From a virus: a DNA stretch of 64,000 nucleotides. Location: IMG/VR virus record IMGVR_UViG_3300050498_000493. One strand, given 5' to 3'. Shown in pieces: positions 19,081 through 28,117 of the stretch. The notes under the pieces were generated by a model. It was given only the letters and a program-made list of their open reading frames with translations. It did not search any database and was not told the DNA's origin. A program made the translations under genes and the position numbers. Each line of letters begins with the position of its first letter. The first letter of the stretch is position 1.

Positions 19081-19953
19081 ATGTTTACACGACGCAACTC
19101 GACTACGCAGCCCGTGACACGGGAGTTGGCTAGTGCATTCGCCACGATGATGCCCTCCCCGACGGAACGCGAGTTTAGCGAGAAACGCTTTCGATTTCTT
19201 CAGGATCGCTATGAGGCTGGGGTGTTTCTTCCGTGCCAGTGGGCGACGGTCTGGCTCGACGGTATACAGTACCGTATGAATGGCAATCATAGCTCGAATG
19301 TGCTGATGAAGGTTGCTGATCCCTTCCCGACAGATCTCATGGCCCATATTGACGAATATGAGGCGGAAACGCCGGAAGATGTCGTCGAACTATTCCGGCA
19401 ATTTGATGCGCGTGAATCGTCGCGGACGCCCACGGATGTTGCGGGGGCGTATCAAAACCGCCATCCCGAACTTCAGGATATTCCCAGGAGGATTGCCAAA
19501 ATAGGCATCGAAGGGATTGCGTGGTACGGACGGGTCATTGAAGGGATTCCTACGGGCAAGGGGGATGATCGCTATAAGCTGTTTCGGCATGCCGAGTATT
19601 ATGATTTTCTGCACTGGTTGGGTGCGCTGCTCGATATGAAAACCCCAGAAATGATGCGCATCGAAATCATTGCCGCGATGTATGCCACGGACCTTGTGGC
19701 CAGTGGCGACCAGACCAGCCATCTCTTCTGGGAGGAGGTAGCACGGGGCGGGCGTGCCTATGAGGATCAGCACCCAACGACGGTCCTCGATAAATGGCTC
19801 AAAGCCTGCCATGATGGGACGTGTGAGGACAAGATGAAGTCGGCGTACCATTACCAAGGCTGTATTTTTGCCTGGAATGCCTACCGCGAAGAGCGGACGA
19901 TTAAAGATATTCGGTTCCTCACCACGAAGGGGCTGTACACGCCTCGTGCGTAA
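19081..19953 (+). CDS. Divergent ParB/Srx-superfamily-like protein
   Basis: PTERE...YRMNGNHS...FRQFD...SRT, reminiscent of the DGxHR core. Confidence 0.5.
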   Translation: MFTRRNSTTQPVTRELASAFATMMPSPTEREFSEKRFRFLQDRYEAGVFLPCQWATVWLDGIQYRMNGNHSSNVLMKVADPFPTDLMAHIDEYEAETPEDVVELFRQFDARESSRTPTDVAGAYQNRHPELQDIPRRIAKIGIEGIAWYGRVIEGIPTGKGDDRYKLFRHAEYYDFLHWLGALLDMKTPEMMRIEIIAAMYATDLVASGDQTSHLFWEEVARGGRAYEDQHPTTVLDKWLKACHDGTCEDKMKSAYHYQGCIFAWNAYREERTIKDIRFLTTKGLYTPRA

Positions 19954-19965
19954 TCCGTCACGAAG

Positions 19966-19997
19966 GCCCACACCTGTTGGTACTGGCAGGTGTGGGT
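19966..19997. terminator. Hairpin, possible terminator
   Basis: CCCACACCTG...CAGGTGTGGG inverted repeat right after stop codon; weak U-tract. Confidence 0.45.
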
Positions 19998-20592
19998 TGC
20001 CCTTCTAAGAAGCCGAGGTAGTTATGCATACGTCTGCTGAAAAGATCAAGGATGACACCTGGCATACTCGTCATGAGTGGATACGTTGGCTCATGGGCGA
20101 AGATGCTCAAACGCTCTTGTGGCAAGTCTGTGAATGGATTGATGACCCTGTGGTCTCACGCGAAGGTCTCGTTGCCCGGGTCGATGCGTGGCAGCAGAAT
20201 GCCAGCAAAGCGGTTGGGGCACAGTCATGGACCGTCCGCGTGGATCAGCGCTTAGGTATCTGCCTCGATCAACGACTCTACATTTTCGACAGGCGCATGC
20301 GTGCATGGGAGTGACCAATGGCTTTATTTATGCCAACAGACGTTGAGAGAGACGTGAAGGAGTATCACGAGATCGTGGGGATGCCTCCTACGATCATCCA
20401 GGGGATTGACGCGGGGCGCCGTAGTTGGAAGTATCGGAAGGATCTCGTATGGAATTCCCAGGAGATCAGCGAGTCTTATTATCGTGCCACTCTAGAGCAA
20501 CGGGCCGCAATAGACTTGGTCTTTCTCTCTTTCTGTGGATGGGAACTCGGCACTATCATTGCCGCAATACCGAGACAAGAGGAGCCTGCCGC

Positions 20593-21039
20593 ATGACGAG
20601 CAGCACGTCGCCCACGGTGCACGATGTCCGGTCTATGCTCGATGAACTCTTTGCGATTCGGTGTGCTCTCGCTTCTTTATCGCAAGAACGGGACGCGGCC
20701 ATTCTGGGGCACCTGCCGCCTGAATTCCAGGAGGTCGTCAGCAGTATCCTGCGAGAGTTTGCCGACATGCAAGAGCAACGCGAGCAGGCAGACAACGTCC
20801 TTGCCGGGCAGATCCGTCTGGCGGTCAAGACGCTCGGCCTCCCCGTACTCGGTACTCATCTTCAGGCAGGCTATCAGCCTGGGAGGCGTTCATGGGACAG
20901 TGATGGCTTAGAACGACTGGCCGTCCGTGAGCCAGAGATTTTAACCTATCGCCGCCAAGGCGAGGCCATTGTGACGATTCGTGCCCGTGCACAGCATCGT
21001 CGTACTACTCCACTCTTGTATGATACGCATACGAGTTAG
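20593..21039 (+). CDS. Hypothetical phage protein (Gam/Gp157-like, tentative)
   Basis: Coiled N-half; RRSWDSDGL...PEILTYRRQGEAIVTIR. Confidence 0.45.
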   Translation: MTSSTSPTVHDVRSMLDELFAIRCALASLSQERDAAILGHLPPEFQEVVSSILREFADMQEQREQADNVLAGQIRLAVKTLGLPVLGTHLQAGYQPGRRSWDSDGLERLAVREPEILTYRRQGEAIVTIRARAQHRRTTPLLYDTHTS

Positions 21040-21052
21040 CCTAGGAGCCCTG

Positions 21053-21280
21053 ATGCCCCCCGCCCCTTGGCCCCGCCGCATCCTCAACGCGATTCCCCCC
21101 ATGCCCGATACACTCTGGGTGGGCTTCTTCCTGTTCATGGTCTTCATGTGCGGGGTCATTCTGGGGCTCACCTACCGCGATCTGCACCGTGTCGCCACGG
21201 TGCCTGAGCATTTCCCGCTGCAGCACCAACTCAACAGTTTAGAGCAGCGCGTGCGGACCTTGGAACAGCGCCAGCCGTGA
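21053..21280 (+). CDS. Small membrane protein
   Basis: One TM helix plus short coiled coil; AGGAG RBS. Confidence 0.5.
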   Translation: MPPAPWPRRILNAIPPMPDTLWVGFFLFMVFMCGVILGLTYRDLHRVATVPEHFPLQHQLNSLEQRVRTLEQRQP

Positions 21281-21495
21281 AATAATGCTTGACTTTTCCC
21301 CAGGTTATCCACAACCTTAGCGCATAATTCGCTCTCGCCCTCGGGCGAGATCCGCCTCTGTCTCTCACGCGGCCTTCGGGAACGAGCTTCCTGGAGGCCG
21401 CGTTGTCGTTGGCGCCCCTGGCTCTGCGGGATGTAGAGCCCCTGATCCCTGCCTGGCGGGATGCCGGGCCAACCACACACACCGAGAGGGTGCGT

Positions 21496-22275
21496 ATGGC
21501 GCTCAAGCAAGTCTATGACGCGCAGACGGATATTCCGCCTGCCCTGTATGAGCATTACACGGAACGCGACGGCAAATGGATTGTCGCTCTTGATCCCGTC
21601 CTGGAAGACGTGGGTGGCCTGAAAAGTGCGCTCAATAACGAGCGGACGCTTCGCCGCGAGACGGAAAAGCAACTAGTCGAGTTGAAGACGAAGTTTGAAG
21701 GTGTCGATCCTGATGAGTTTCGCAAGATGCAAGATCGCGTAAAAGGGCTCGATGACGCCGATGTCTATGACAAACAAGGTATTGAGGTCCTCATCGCGCG
21801 GCGCACCGAGTCGATGAAAAACGACCACGAGCGGCAACTGGCGACGCTCAAGCGCGAGAACGATCACCTGAAGACGACCAGCGCGGACCTGGATCGCCGC
21901 TGGCGTCAAGACCGTATTAAAACAGCCCTTTTAGATGCAGTCACCAAGAATGGCGTGTACGAGAAAGCTGTTGATGATGCGGTACAACGCGGCCTCGCGG
22001 TCTTTACGGACCTGGACGAGCGCGGGAACGTCATCGCCAAAAACGGCGACGATACGATTTACGGCAAAGATGGCGTCAACGCGCTGAACCCGAGCGAGTG
22101 GATTACCACGCTCAAAGCCAGTGGCCAGGCGCCGCACCTGTGGCCGCCGTCGTCCGGGGGCGGTGCCCCGGCGAGTCATAGTGGCAATGGCGCGGGCATT
22201 GACTGGAACAGTATCACGAATCCGGCAGAACGCCTGACCCGCTTCCGCGAGTGGCAGGCGACGCAAACCCGCTAA
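21496..22275 (+). CDS. Capsid scaffolding protein
   Basis: MALK...YTERDGKW..., GLKSALNNER coiled coil, APHLWPPSSGGGA; upstream of MCP. Confidence 0.85.
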   Translation: MALKQVYDAQTDIPPALYEHYTERDGKWIVALDPVLEDVGGLKSALNNERTLRRETEKQLVELKTKFEGVDPDEFRKMQDRVKGLDDADVYDKQGIEVLIARRTESMKNDHERQLATLKRENDHLKTTSADLDRRWRQDRIKTALLDAVTKNGVYEKAVDDAVQRGLAVFTDLDERGNVIAKNGDDTIYGKDGVNALNPSEWITTLKASGQAPHLWPPSSGGGAPASHSGNGAGIDWNSITNPAERLTRFREWQATQTR

Positions 22276-22347
22276 CGCCTCCCCTGACGAGCCTCCTGGC
22301 AGGGCGCTGAGACAGGGCGAGGGACCATCCGTGGAGGAAACGACCCT

Positions 22348-23542
22348 ATGGCCCTGACAATAGTCGAAGCGTCCAAGCTGAATTCGGGCGATGTTGCAAG
22401 GACCGCAATCGTGGAGATGTACGCGAGAAACAGTGACATATTGCGCGTGCTTCCGTTTGAAGGCATTGCTGGGAACGCCCTGAAATATAACCGTGAAGAT
22501 ATCTTACCTGGTGTTGGCTTTCGTGGGGTTAATTTGGCCCCCTTAGCGGCGTAAGCGCTATAGGACAACCGCGTGAATTGCTGGAACCTCTCTCTGAGAC
22601 AATCAGCAGCCAAGCCGCCGAGGAAACTCGCGGAAGGTTCAACGACTAGGGTAGGGAGCCTACAGCCTCAAGGCCATGGCGGTAAAACCCCACGAGCGCG
22701 CGGCATCCCTTTGGGATGAAGAGATAGTCTGACCTGCATGGCGACATGCAGAAGCATCGGATAAAGAGCCGGTGCGATAACAGCAGTGCAACGAAGGCTT
22801 TACCGAATCGGTTGGGGTTTTGAATCCTATTACTGAAAGTCTCGTTATTGCGGGAGGAGACCTGGACGTAGATAGGTTTATAACCCAGACCATGGGGGCT
22901 AACCAACGCAGTGTGCAGGAGGGGTTGAAGGTCAAGGCCCTGGCCCACCGCTGGACCCTCGCCTTCATAAAAGGTGACAGTAGTGCCGATCCCCGCGAGT
23001 TTGATGGGCTCCAACGCCGTATCCCGCCTGGGAGCTCGCAACTGCTCGATGCCGGGGCCACGTCGGGTGGGGATGCGCTGTCGCTGTTCAAGCTCGATAC
23101 GCTGATTAGCAAGGTGGACGACGCCAATTTTCTCATCATGAACAATACCATGGCTCTTAGGCTGGCGCAGGCGGCACGGAATACCGCTGTCGGAGGTTTT
23201 ATCACGTGGAATCCGTCGGAGTTTGGCCAGCGCATCATGTCGTACAACGGTATTCCGATCCTGATCGCGCGTGAGGATAATCTGGGGAATGACATCCTCC
23301 CGTTTACTGAGGCGAATCCGGGCGGCGGTGCTGCGGCCAGTACCTCTATTTATGCGGTGCAGATGGGCGATGGGGGTCTAGTAGGAATACAGAATCAAGA
23401 TATAAGCGTAAGAGACCTAGGCGAACTTGAAGCAAAGCCTGTTTTTCGTACCCGCGTGGAGTGGTATGCAAGTGTGGCCGTCTTCTCCGGGCGCAGTATG
23501 GCTAGGCTTCGCGGGATTAAGGATAGCGCAATCGTAGTATGA
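22348..23542 (+). CDS. Major capsid protein, spliced join(22348..22529,22789..23542), 311 aa
   Basis: Exon 1 MALTIVEASKL...LPFEGIAGNALKYNRE..LPGVGFRG joins in frame to VNEGFTES...GGDLDVDRFI...EFDGL...RTRVEWY...ARLRGI. Confidence 0.92.
22530..22788 (+). ncRNA. Group I self-splicing intron, 259 nt, no ORF
   Basis: P GAATTGCTGGAA, Q AATCAGCAGC, R GTTCAACGACTA, S AAGAGATAGTCT; exon ends in U pairing with IGS GCCCC (GGGGU); terminal G22788; splicing restores frame. Confidence 0.93.
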
Positions 23543-23573
23543 TTGGACATTTTAATCCTATAAAAGTCTCTTC

Positions 23574-24395
23574 CTAGTGAGAGAGTCGTTTATGTCTTTG
23601 CAGTCGTCTTCCTATAGACGCTTGACTGATGCCGTAGCGTTGTCCAAGTCGGTCTTGGCTCCACGTGCCCGTCGCATGGAGTTCCAAGGCTTCTTGCCAT
23701 TGGGCATCAGTCAATTTACTCATCGCATTGCGTTCTCCCCTCGCCATACGTTCGGGATGCAGGCGTGCAGGATGCTGATCTCCGCACAATACAGATTCAG
23801 GATGAGCTTGATATCGCTGTCGGCCTTTGTTCGCCATATCCTGCATGTTGTCCGTATGCGTGCCAAGAAAGAGGTGTGCGGGTTGAACACACAAGGGCGT
23901 ATCGCACGAGTGCAGCACAAACAGTCCTTCCTGGGGCCATGCACCTGTGCTCAGGAACCAACTTGCGATATGGGCACTGATGTTGCCGTCTTTGTACGGT
24001 GTAGCACGAAAGTTGCCGTATCCTTGCTTAGTATGGATGGCGCCTTGCCACAACCAACACTCGTCCGGCCCTGCTTTCACGACTTTACTCCAGAAACGCA
24101 AGGCAAATGCCTCATGCGTACTCGTGGTTCGTGCCGCATGGTAGCAGTCCGACCCACAGTACTTCCAGATTTTGGCTTGATGCGGCAGGACCTCAAAGGG
24201 CTTGCTACACGGCTCGTAAGCACAGAGCAAGGTAACTTTCTCAGTGCGAGGTTGCTGTCTCGCCAAGCGTCGGCATCTGGGCGAACAATACCGGACCCCT
24301 CCACGCTTGGCTTCGCCAGGCATGGCCTCAAAGGGCTTCGCACATGGCTCGTAGGCACAGAGAAGTTGAACACGTGGGACACGATGAGCAGGCAT
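23574..24395 (-). CDS. Free-standing HNH endonuclease (HNH_3 type, N-terminal Zn repeats, C-terminal HTH)
   Basis: FWSKV...CWLWQG...GYG...VLHSCDTPLCVQPAHLFLGTHTDNMQD...SKLT. Confidence 0.92.
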   Translation of the reverse strand: MPAHRVPRVQLLCAYEPCAKPFEAMPGEAKRGGVRYCSPRCRRLARQQPRTEKVTLLCAYEPCSKPFEVLPHQAKIWKYCGSDCYHAARTTSTHEAFALRFWSKVVKAGPDECWLWQGAIHTKQGYGNFRATPYKDGNISAHIASWFLSTGAWPQEGLFVLHSCDTPLCVQPAHLFLGTHTDNMQDMANKGRQRYQAHPESVLCGDQHPARLHPERMARGERNAMSKLTDAQWQEALELHATGTWSQDRLGQRYGISQASIGRRLQRHKRLSH

Positions 24396-24508
24396 CAGCT
24401 GATCTCCCTATCGAGACGTTGGAGGCATGTGTTAGGCCCTCGCGTGGATAGGCACACAAGGCTTTTTATCGGGGGCCGGCCGACCCCACCTAACTCATCA
24501 AGAGTATA
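24396..24508 (-). ncRNA. Structured leader RNA and TATACT -10 box of HNH-1
   Basis: P1 GTTAGGT/GCCTAAC; two inner hairpins; loop CCTATC complementary to GATAGG at the RBS. Confidence 0.6.
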
Positions 24509-24540
24509 CAACATATGCTCTTGCCATTAAAGGAGATACT

Positions 24541-24969
24541 ATGACGACTGCCGTTTATGATGCCGCCCTCTCACTTTTGACACCCGGCGCCGCCCTGGCC
24601 GCGAACGGTAGCGGCACGGGTATTCTCGCGTATCCGCGCACCTTGCCCACGTGTGATTGGGTACTCCATTGGTCTGGCACGGTCGCGACTGGGACGTACA
24701 CGTTCAACCTGCAAGTCAGCGACGTTGTAGGTGGAACGTATACAACTATATCTTCCTATACCGTCACGCCGACAACGGCTGCCGGGCGGGTGCATATTCC
24801 GATTCAGGGCAATGTGGCGCAGGGGCTCGACAATGATAGTAGGTTTGTCCGCGTCAACTATGCCATCGGTGGGACCACGCCTGGGATAGTTGCCGGTTCT
24901 TTTATTACTAAATCAAGTAATAATAATGGACTTGCGGTCGATGTGGGCGATATTTTTACCTTCATCTAG
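24541..24969 (+). CDS. Head decoration/cement protein (tentative)
   Basis: After MCP; beta-rich; RFVRVNY motif; AAGGAG RBS. Confidence 0.6.
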   Translation: MTTAVYDAALSLLTPGAALAANGSGTGILAYPRTLPTCDWVLHWSGTVATGTYTFNLQVSDVVGGTYTTISSYTVTPTTAAGRVHIPIQGNVAQGLDNDSRFVRVNYAIGGTTPGIVAGSFITKSSNNNGLAVDVGDIFTFI

Positions 24970-24999
24970 ACTGGCCTATACTTGAGAGGAGTAAATATC

Positions 25000-25407
25000 A
25001 TGCCTCAAAATCCAGTTTTGGTCTATGCCAAAGAGGACGGTACTGCCTGCTACATGCACACCGTCGATGCCGCCGAGGCCGTGCGCCTGGGCGATTACAC
25101 GCCCGCCCCGCCAGGGGGCAAGGACGTGGAGCCCGAGGCCCGCGCCTCCGCGATGAGCCGCTTCCGCACCGGCCAGGGCGCCACGCATCCCGAGCTCCAG
25201 ACTGAGGAGGAGCGCGAGGAGGCCCGTGCCAAGGCGAATGAGCAAGCCGAGCTGATGGCTGGTGTGCCTGAAGGCGCGCAGGTGGTCGTGATGGCGCCGA
25301 CACCAGCGGCGAGTCCGAGTGCCCGGAGTGGTGCGCGCAGTCAGCCTGGCGCGAGTAGTGCGGCCCATGCCCCGGCGACCCCGCCAGCCTCGCGGCGCAG
25401 TGAATAG
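25000..25407 (+). CDS. Hypothetical protein
   Basis: GAGGAG RBS; Pro/Ala-rich tail. Confidence 0.6.
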   Translation: MPQNPVLVYAKEDGTACYMHTVDAAEAVRLGDYTPAPPGGKDVEPEARASAMSRFRTGQGATHPELQTEEEREEARAKANEQAELMAGVPEGAQVVVMAPTPAASPSARSGARSQPGASSAAHAPATPPASRRSE

Positions 25408-25415
25408 GCGCGACG

Positions 25416-25949
25416 ATGGCCCTGGATGCCACGCCAGGTGGGGTGAATAGTAATTCGTATACCACGGTCTCGGACGCGACCCTGTACCTCCAGCAGCGCC
25501 CCTATCACGAGGCGTGGGATGCCGCGCTGGTCAGTGGTGACGCGGCCCCAGCGCTGATGTGGGCGACCAGTCTGCTCGATAGCCTCGTGCACTGGTACGG
25601 GACGCCGACGACGCTGACGCAGGCCCTTGCCTGGCCGCAAACGGGGCAGGTGGATCGCTATGGGCGCCCGCTCGATCCGCTCCTCATTCCTGTGGCGGTG
25701 GAACAGGCGACGGCGGTCTATGCGCTGGCCCTGTTGGGTGACACAACATTGAGTCAGCCGAACGGCGGCAGTCAGCAGGCGGGGATCAAGTCGACGAAAA
25801 TTGGGGGCACGACCATCACGTACCAGGATACGACCAACGCCGTAGCGGCGACTTCGCCCGTTACCAGCGTGCCGAGTGAGGTGCGGGCGTTACTGAAGGG
25901 CTATGGCGTGATGGCCGGGATGATCAGCATACCCATTCTGCGGACGTAG
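25416..25949 (+). CDS. Head-tail adaptor (DnaT-like family)
   Basis: NSYTTVSDA..Y...L..AT..LD...G...QALAWP...IP..VEQA. Confidence 0.8.
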   Translation: MALDATPGGVNSNSYTTVSDATLYLQQRPYHEAWDAALVSGDAAPALMWATSLLDSLVHWYGTPTTLTQALAWPQTGQVDRYGRPLDPLLIPVAVEQATAVYALALLGDTTLSQPNGGSQQAGIKSTKIGGTTITYQDTTNAVAATSPVTSVPSEVRALLKGYGVMAGMISIPILRT

Positions 25950-25968
25950 GAGCAGGGGAAAGAGACGG

Positions 25969-26727
25969 ATGGCGTGTGAGACAGTGACGATAGGGAGTTG
26001 TCAGTTGATCTGTGGGGATGCTCGGGAGGTGTTACCGACGCTCGGGCCGATGGATGGCGTCATTACCGATCCGCCGTATGGGGTAGAGTTCGCTGGGAAA
26101 CGTGCCCTGTGTCATGGAACCTATACCACCTTTCGTCCTGGGCATTATAGTCATGAGGACACCGTTGGCTATGTCGAGGCGGTGGTCCTTCCCATCCTGG
26201 CTCAGTGCCGGACTTTGGCCGCCTGCGTGGCACTCACCCCTGGTACTCGGGAGATGTGGCGGTATCCTGCGCCGGACGACATGGGCTGCTTCTTCTCTGC
26301 GGCAGGCACCGGCATGGGACGCTGGGGCTTTACGTGTTGCTATCCTATCCTCTACTATGGCAAAGATCCGTACCTTGCCAAGTCGTTCGGCGCACGCCCC
26401 AACTCTTGTGGGCAGACATATCCCAACGATGCCAACAAGATCGCACATCCCTGCGCGAAGCCCTTACCGATGATGCTCTGGCTCGTCAATCGCGCGAGCC
26501 TCCCTGGCATGGCGGTGCTCGATCCATTCATGGGCTCGGGTACGACTGGTGTGGCATGTGTGCAGCTAGGTCGCTCGTTTATCGGCATCGAGATAGAGCC
26601 TCGCTACTTTGACCTAGCATGTCAGCGCATCGAGGATGCCTATCGGCAGATGGTTCTCTTTCCTATAGTTCCTTTAGGTGGACAACCGCAGCAAGTACCC
26701 CTCTTTACGACAGGAGGAGGTGCCTGA
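25969..26727 (+). CDS. N6-adenine/N4-cytosine DNA methyltransferase (beta class)
   Basis: ITDPPYG, HPCAKP, VLDPFMGSGTTG, FIGIEIEPRYF. Confidence 0.93.
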   Translation: MACETVTIGSCQLICGDAREVLPTLGPMDGVITDPPYGVEFAGKRALCHGTYTTFRPGHYSHEDTVGYVEAVVLPILAQCRTLAACVALTPGTREMWRYPAPDDMGCFFSAAGTGMGRWGFTCCYPILYYGKDPYLAKSFGARPNSCGQTYPNDANKIAHPCAKPLPMMLWLVNRASLPGMAVLDPFMGSGTTGVACVQLGRSFIGIEIEPRYFDLACQRIEDAYRQMVLFPIVPLGGQPQQVPLFTTGGGA

Positions 26728-26729
26728 CT

Positions 26730-27044
26730 ATGCATGCTGCGCTCGTAGCATTCCTCACCGACACCATACAGGTGGCCCCCTACACGGGCCAGGACGGCTA
26801 TGGCGCGCCCACGTATGGCGCCCCCGTCGCCACGCCCTGCCGGGTGGAATACCGCATGCAGGTCTTTACCAACGCGCAGGGGCAAGAACGGGTCAGCCGG
26901 GCGCTGCTGTTCTTTGATGGCACGGTGACGCTGGGCATCCGCGATAAGCTGACGCTGGAGGATGGCACGAGCCCGGCGATCGAGCGGCTCGATCTGTGGA
27001 AGACCCCACAAGGGGCGCCGGACCATTGGGAGGCGACGATATGA
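26730..27044 (+). CDS. Head closure/stopper protein
   Basis: DGYGAPTY...CRVE...GQERVS; position in neck module. Confidence 0.7.
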   Translation: MHAALVAFLTDTIQVAPYTGQDGYGAPTYGAPVATPCRVEYRMQVFTNAQGQERVSRALLFFDGTVTLGIRDKLTLEDGTSPAIERLDLWKTPQGAPDHWEATI

Positions 27045-27430
27045 TCACCATTGAGCTTGAAGGGGTTGAGGCTCTGCGTCAATCCTGGCAGCGGCTCCTG
27101 CCCCAGGCGCGGGACGGGGCGGCGCGCGCCCTCATGACGGAAGCTGATCGCATCCTTGAAGAGAGTCGCTTTTTGACCCCAGTGGATACCGGCCTCCTGG
27201 TAAGTAGTGGCATGACGGAAGGTCCCATCGAGCAGGGCGCGGTGCTGGAGATGATCATTCGGTCGGGTGGCCATGGACTTGCCCCCTATGCCATCCGTAT
27301 TCACGAAGATACTACTTTGAATCATCCTAATGGTGGGATGGCGCATTATCTGAGTGCGCCGTTTTTCGCTGCGACCGGCGGGATGGCCGAACGCTTTGGC
27401 GCCATCATTGGTCCGGCACTACGAGGCTAG
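27041..27430 (+). CDS. HK97 gp10-like neck protein
   Basis: TPVDTGLLVSS...YAIRIHE...HPNGG.AHYL. Confidence 0.8.
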   Translation: MITIELEGVEALRQSWQRLLPQARDGAARALMTEADRILEESRFLTPVDTGLLVSSGMTEGPIEQGAVLEMIIRSGGHGLAPYAIRIHEDTTLNHPNGGMAHYLSAPFFAATGGMAERFGAIIGPALRG

Positions 27431-27432
27431 CG

Positions 27433-27696
27433 ATGCCCCAGTTTATGCGCCACGATGGCTATGGCAATCCGCTGCCCGAGCTGGCGGACGCCCGCAAAGC
27501 CGTCCTCTATGAGCGACCCTTTAATGTCCAGCAGCGGCGCACGATCCTCCAACTCCTGGAGGAACAGTGGCGCGAACTGCTGCGCAAGGGCATGCACGGC
27601 GATGTGACGCTGACCTTTTACGTGCGCGACGGGCTCATTCAACCCGACGTGGCGCTGACGGAAACGCATGTCTACCGCAGTGTGAAGGACGAGTAG
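27433..27696 (+). CDS. Hypothetical protein
   Basis: GAGG RBS; HGDVTLTFYVRDGLI. Confidence 0.5.
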   Translation: MPQFMRHDGYGNPLPELADARKAVLYERPFNVQQRRTILQLLEEQWRELLRKGMHGDVTLTFYVRDGLIQPDVALTETHVYRSVKDE

Positions 27697-27697
27697 T

Positions 27698-28108
27698 ATG
27701 GCGATGTTGGACGAGTTAGGCGCATACCTTCAAAGTCAAGGTGTGGGCGCCGTGGGGAATACGCTGTTTAAGGGGAGTTTCCCGCTCGATACGCTCGAGA
27801 ACACGGCGCCCATTCTCGCCTTGATTGAAGTGCCAGGGTTGCCGCCCATGCGCAGCCATGACGTGCCCGTGGCGCGCTACGAGCAGCCCGTGGTGCAAGT
27901 CGCCACGCGTGGGGCGCCCTACGGCTATCCGGCAGCCCGGGCGGCAGCACAAGCGGCCTGGGACGTGCTCGACGGGGTACAGAATGCGTCGCTCAGTGGC
28001 ACGTTTTACTTGTGGCTCCAGGCGCTCCAAAGTCCGTACTGGCTCAGGACCGATGACTTTCAGCGGCCCGTGCTGCTCTTTAACGTGCGCTGTGCGCGTG
28101 ACTTGTAA
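27698..28108 (+). CDS. Tail terminator / minor capsid-like protein
   Basis: EQPVVQVATRG...QSPYWL..DDFQRP..LFN. Confidence 0.75.
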   Translation: MAMLDELGAYLQSQGVGAVGNTLFKGSFPLDTLENTAPILALIEVPGLPPMRSHDVPVARYEQPVVQVATRGAPYGYPAARAAAQAAWDVLDGVQNASLSGTFYLWLQALQSPYWLRTDDFQRPVLLFNVRCARDL

Positions 28109-28117
28109 GGAGACCCT

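Noticed and set aside
22348..22554. Capsid pseudogene or separate 68-aa gene
   Set aside because: Explained by the group I intron; splicing restores one frame
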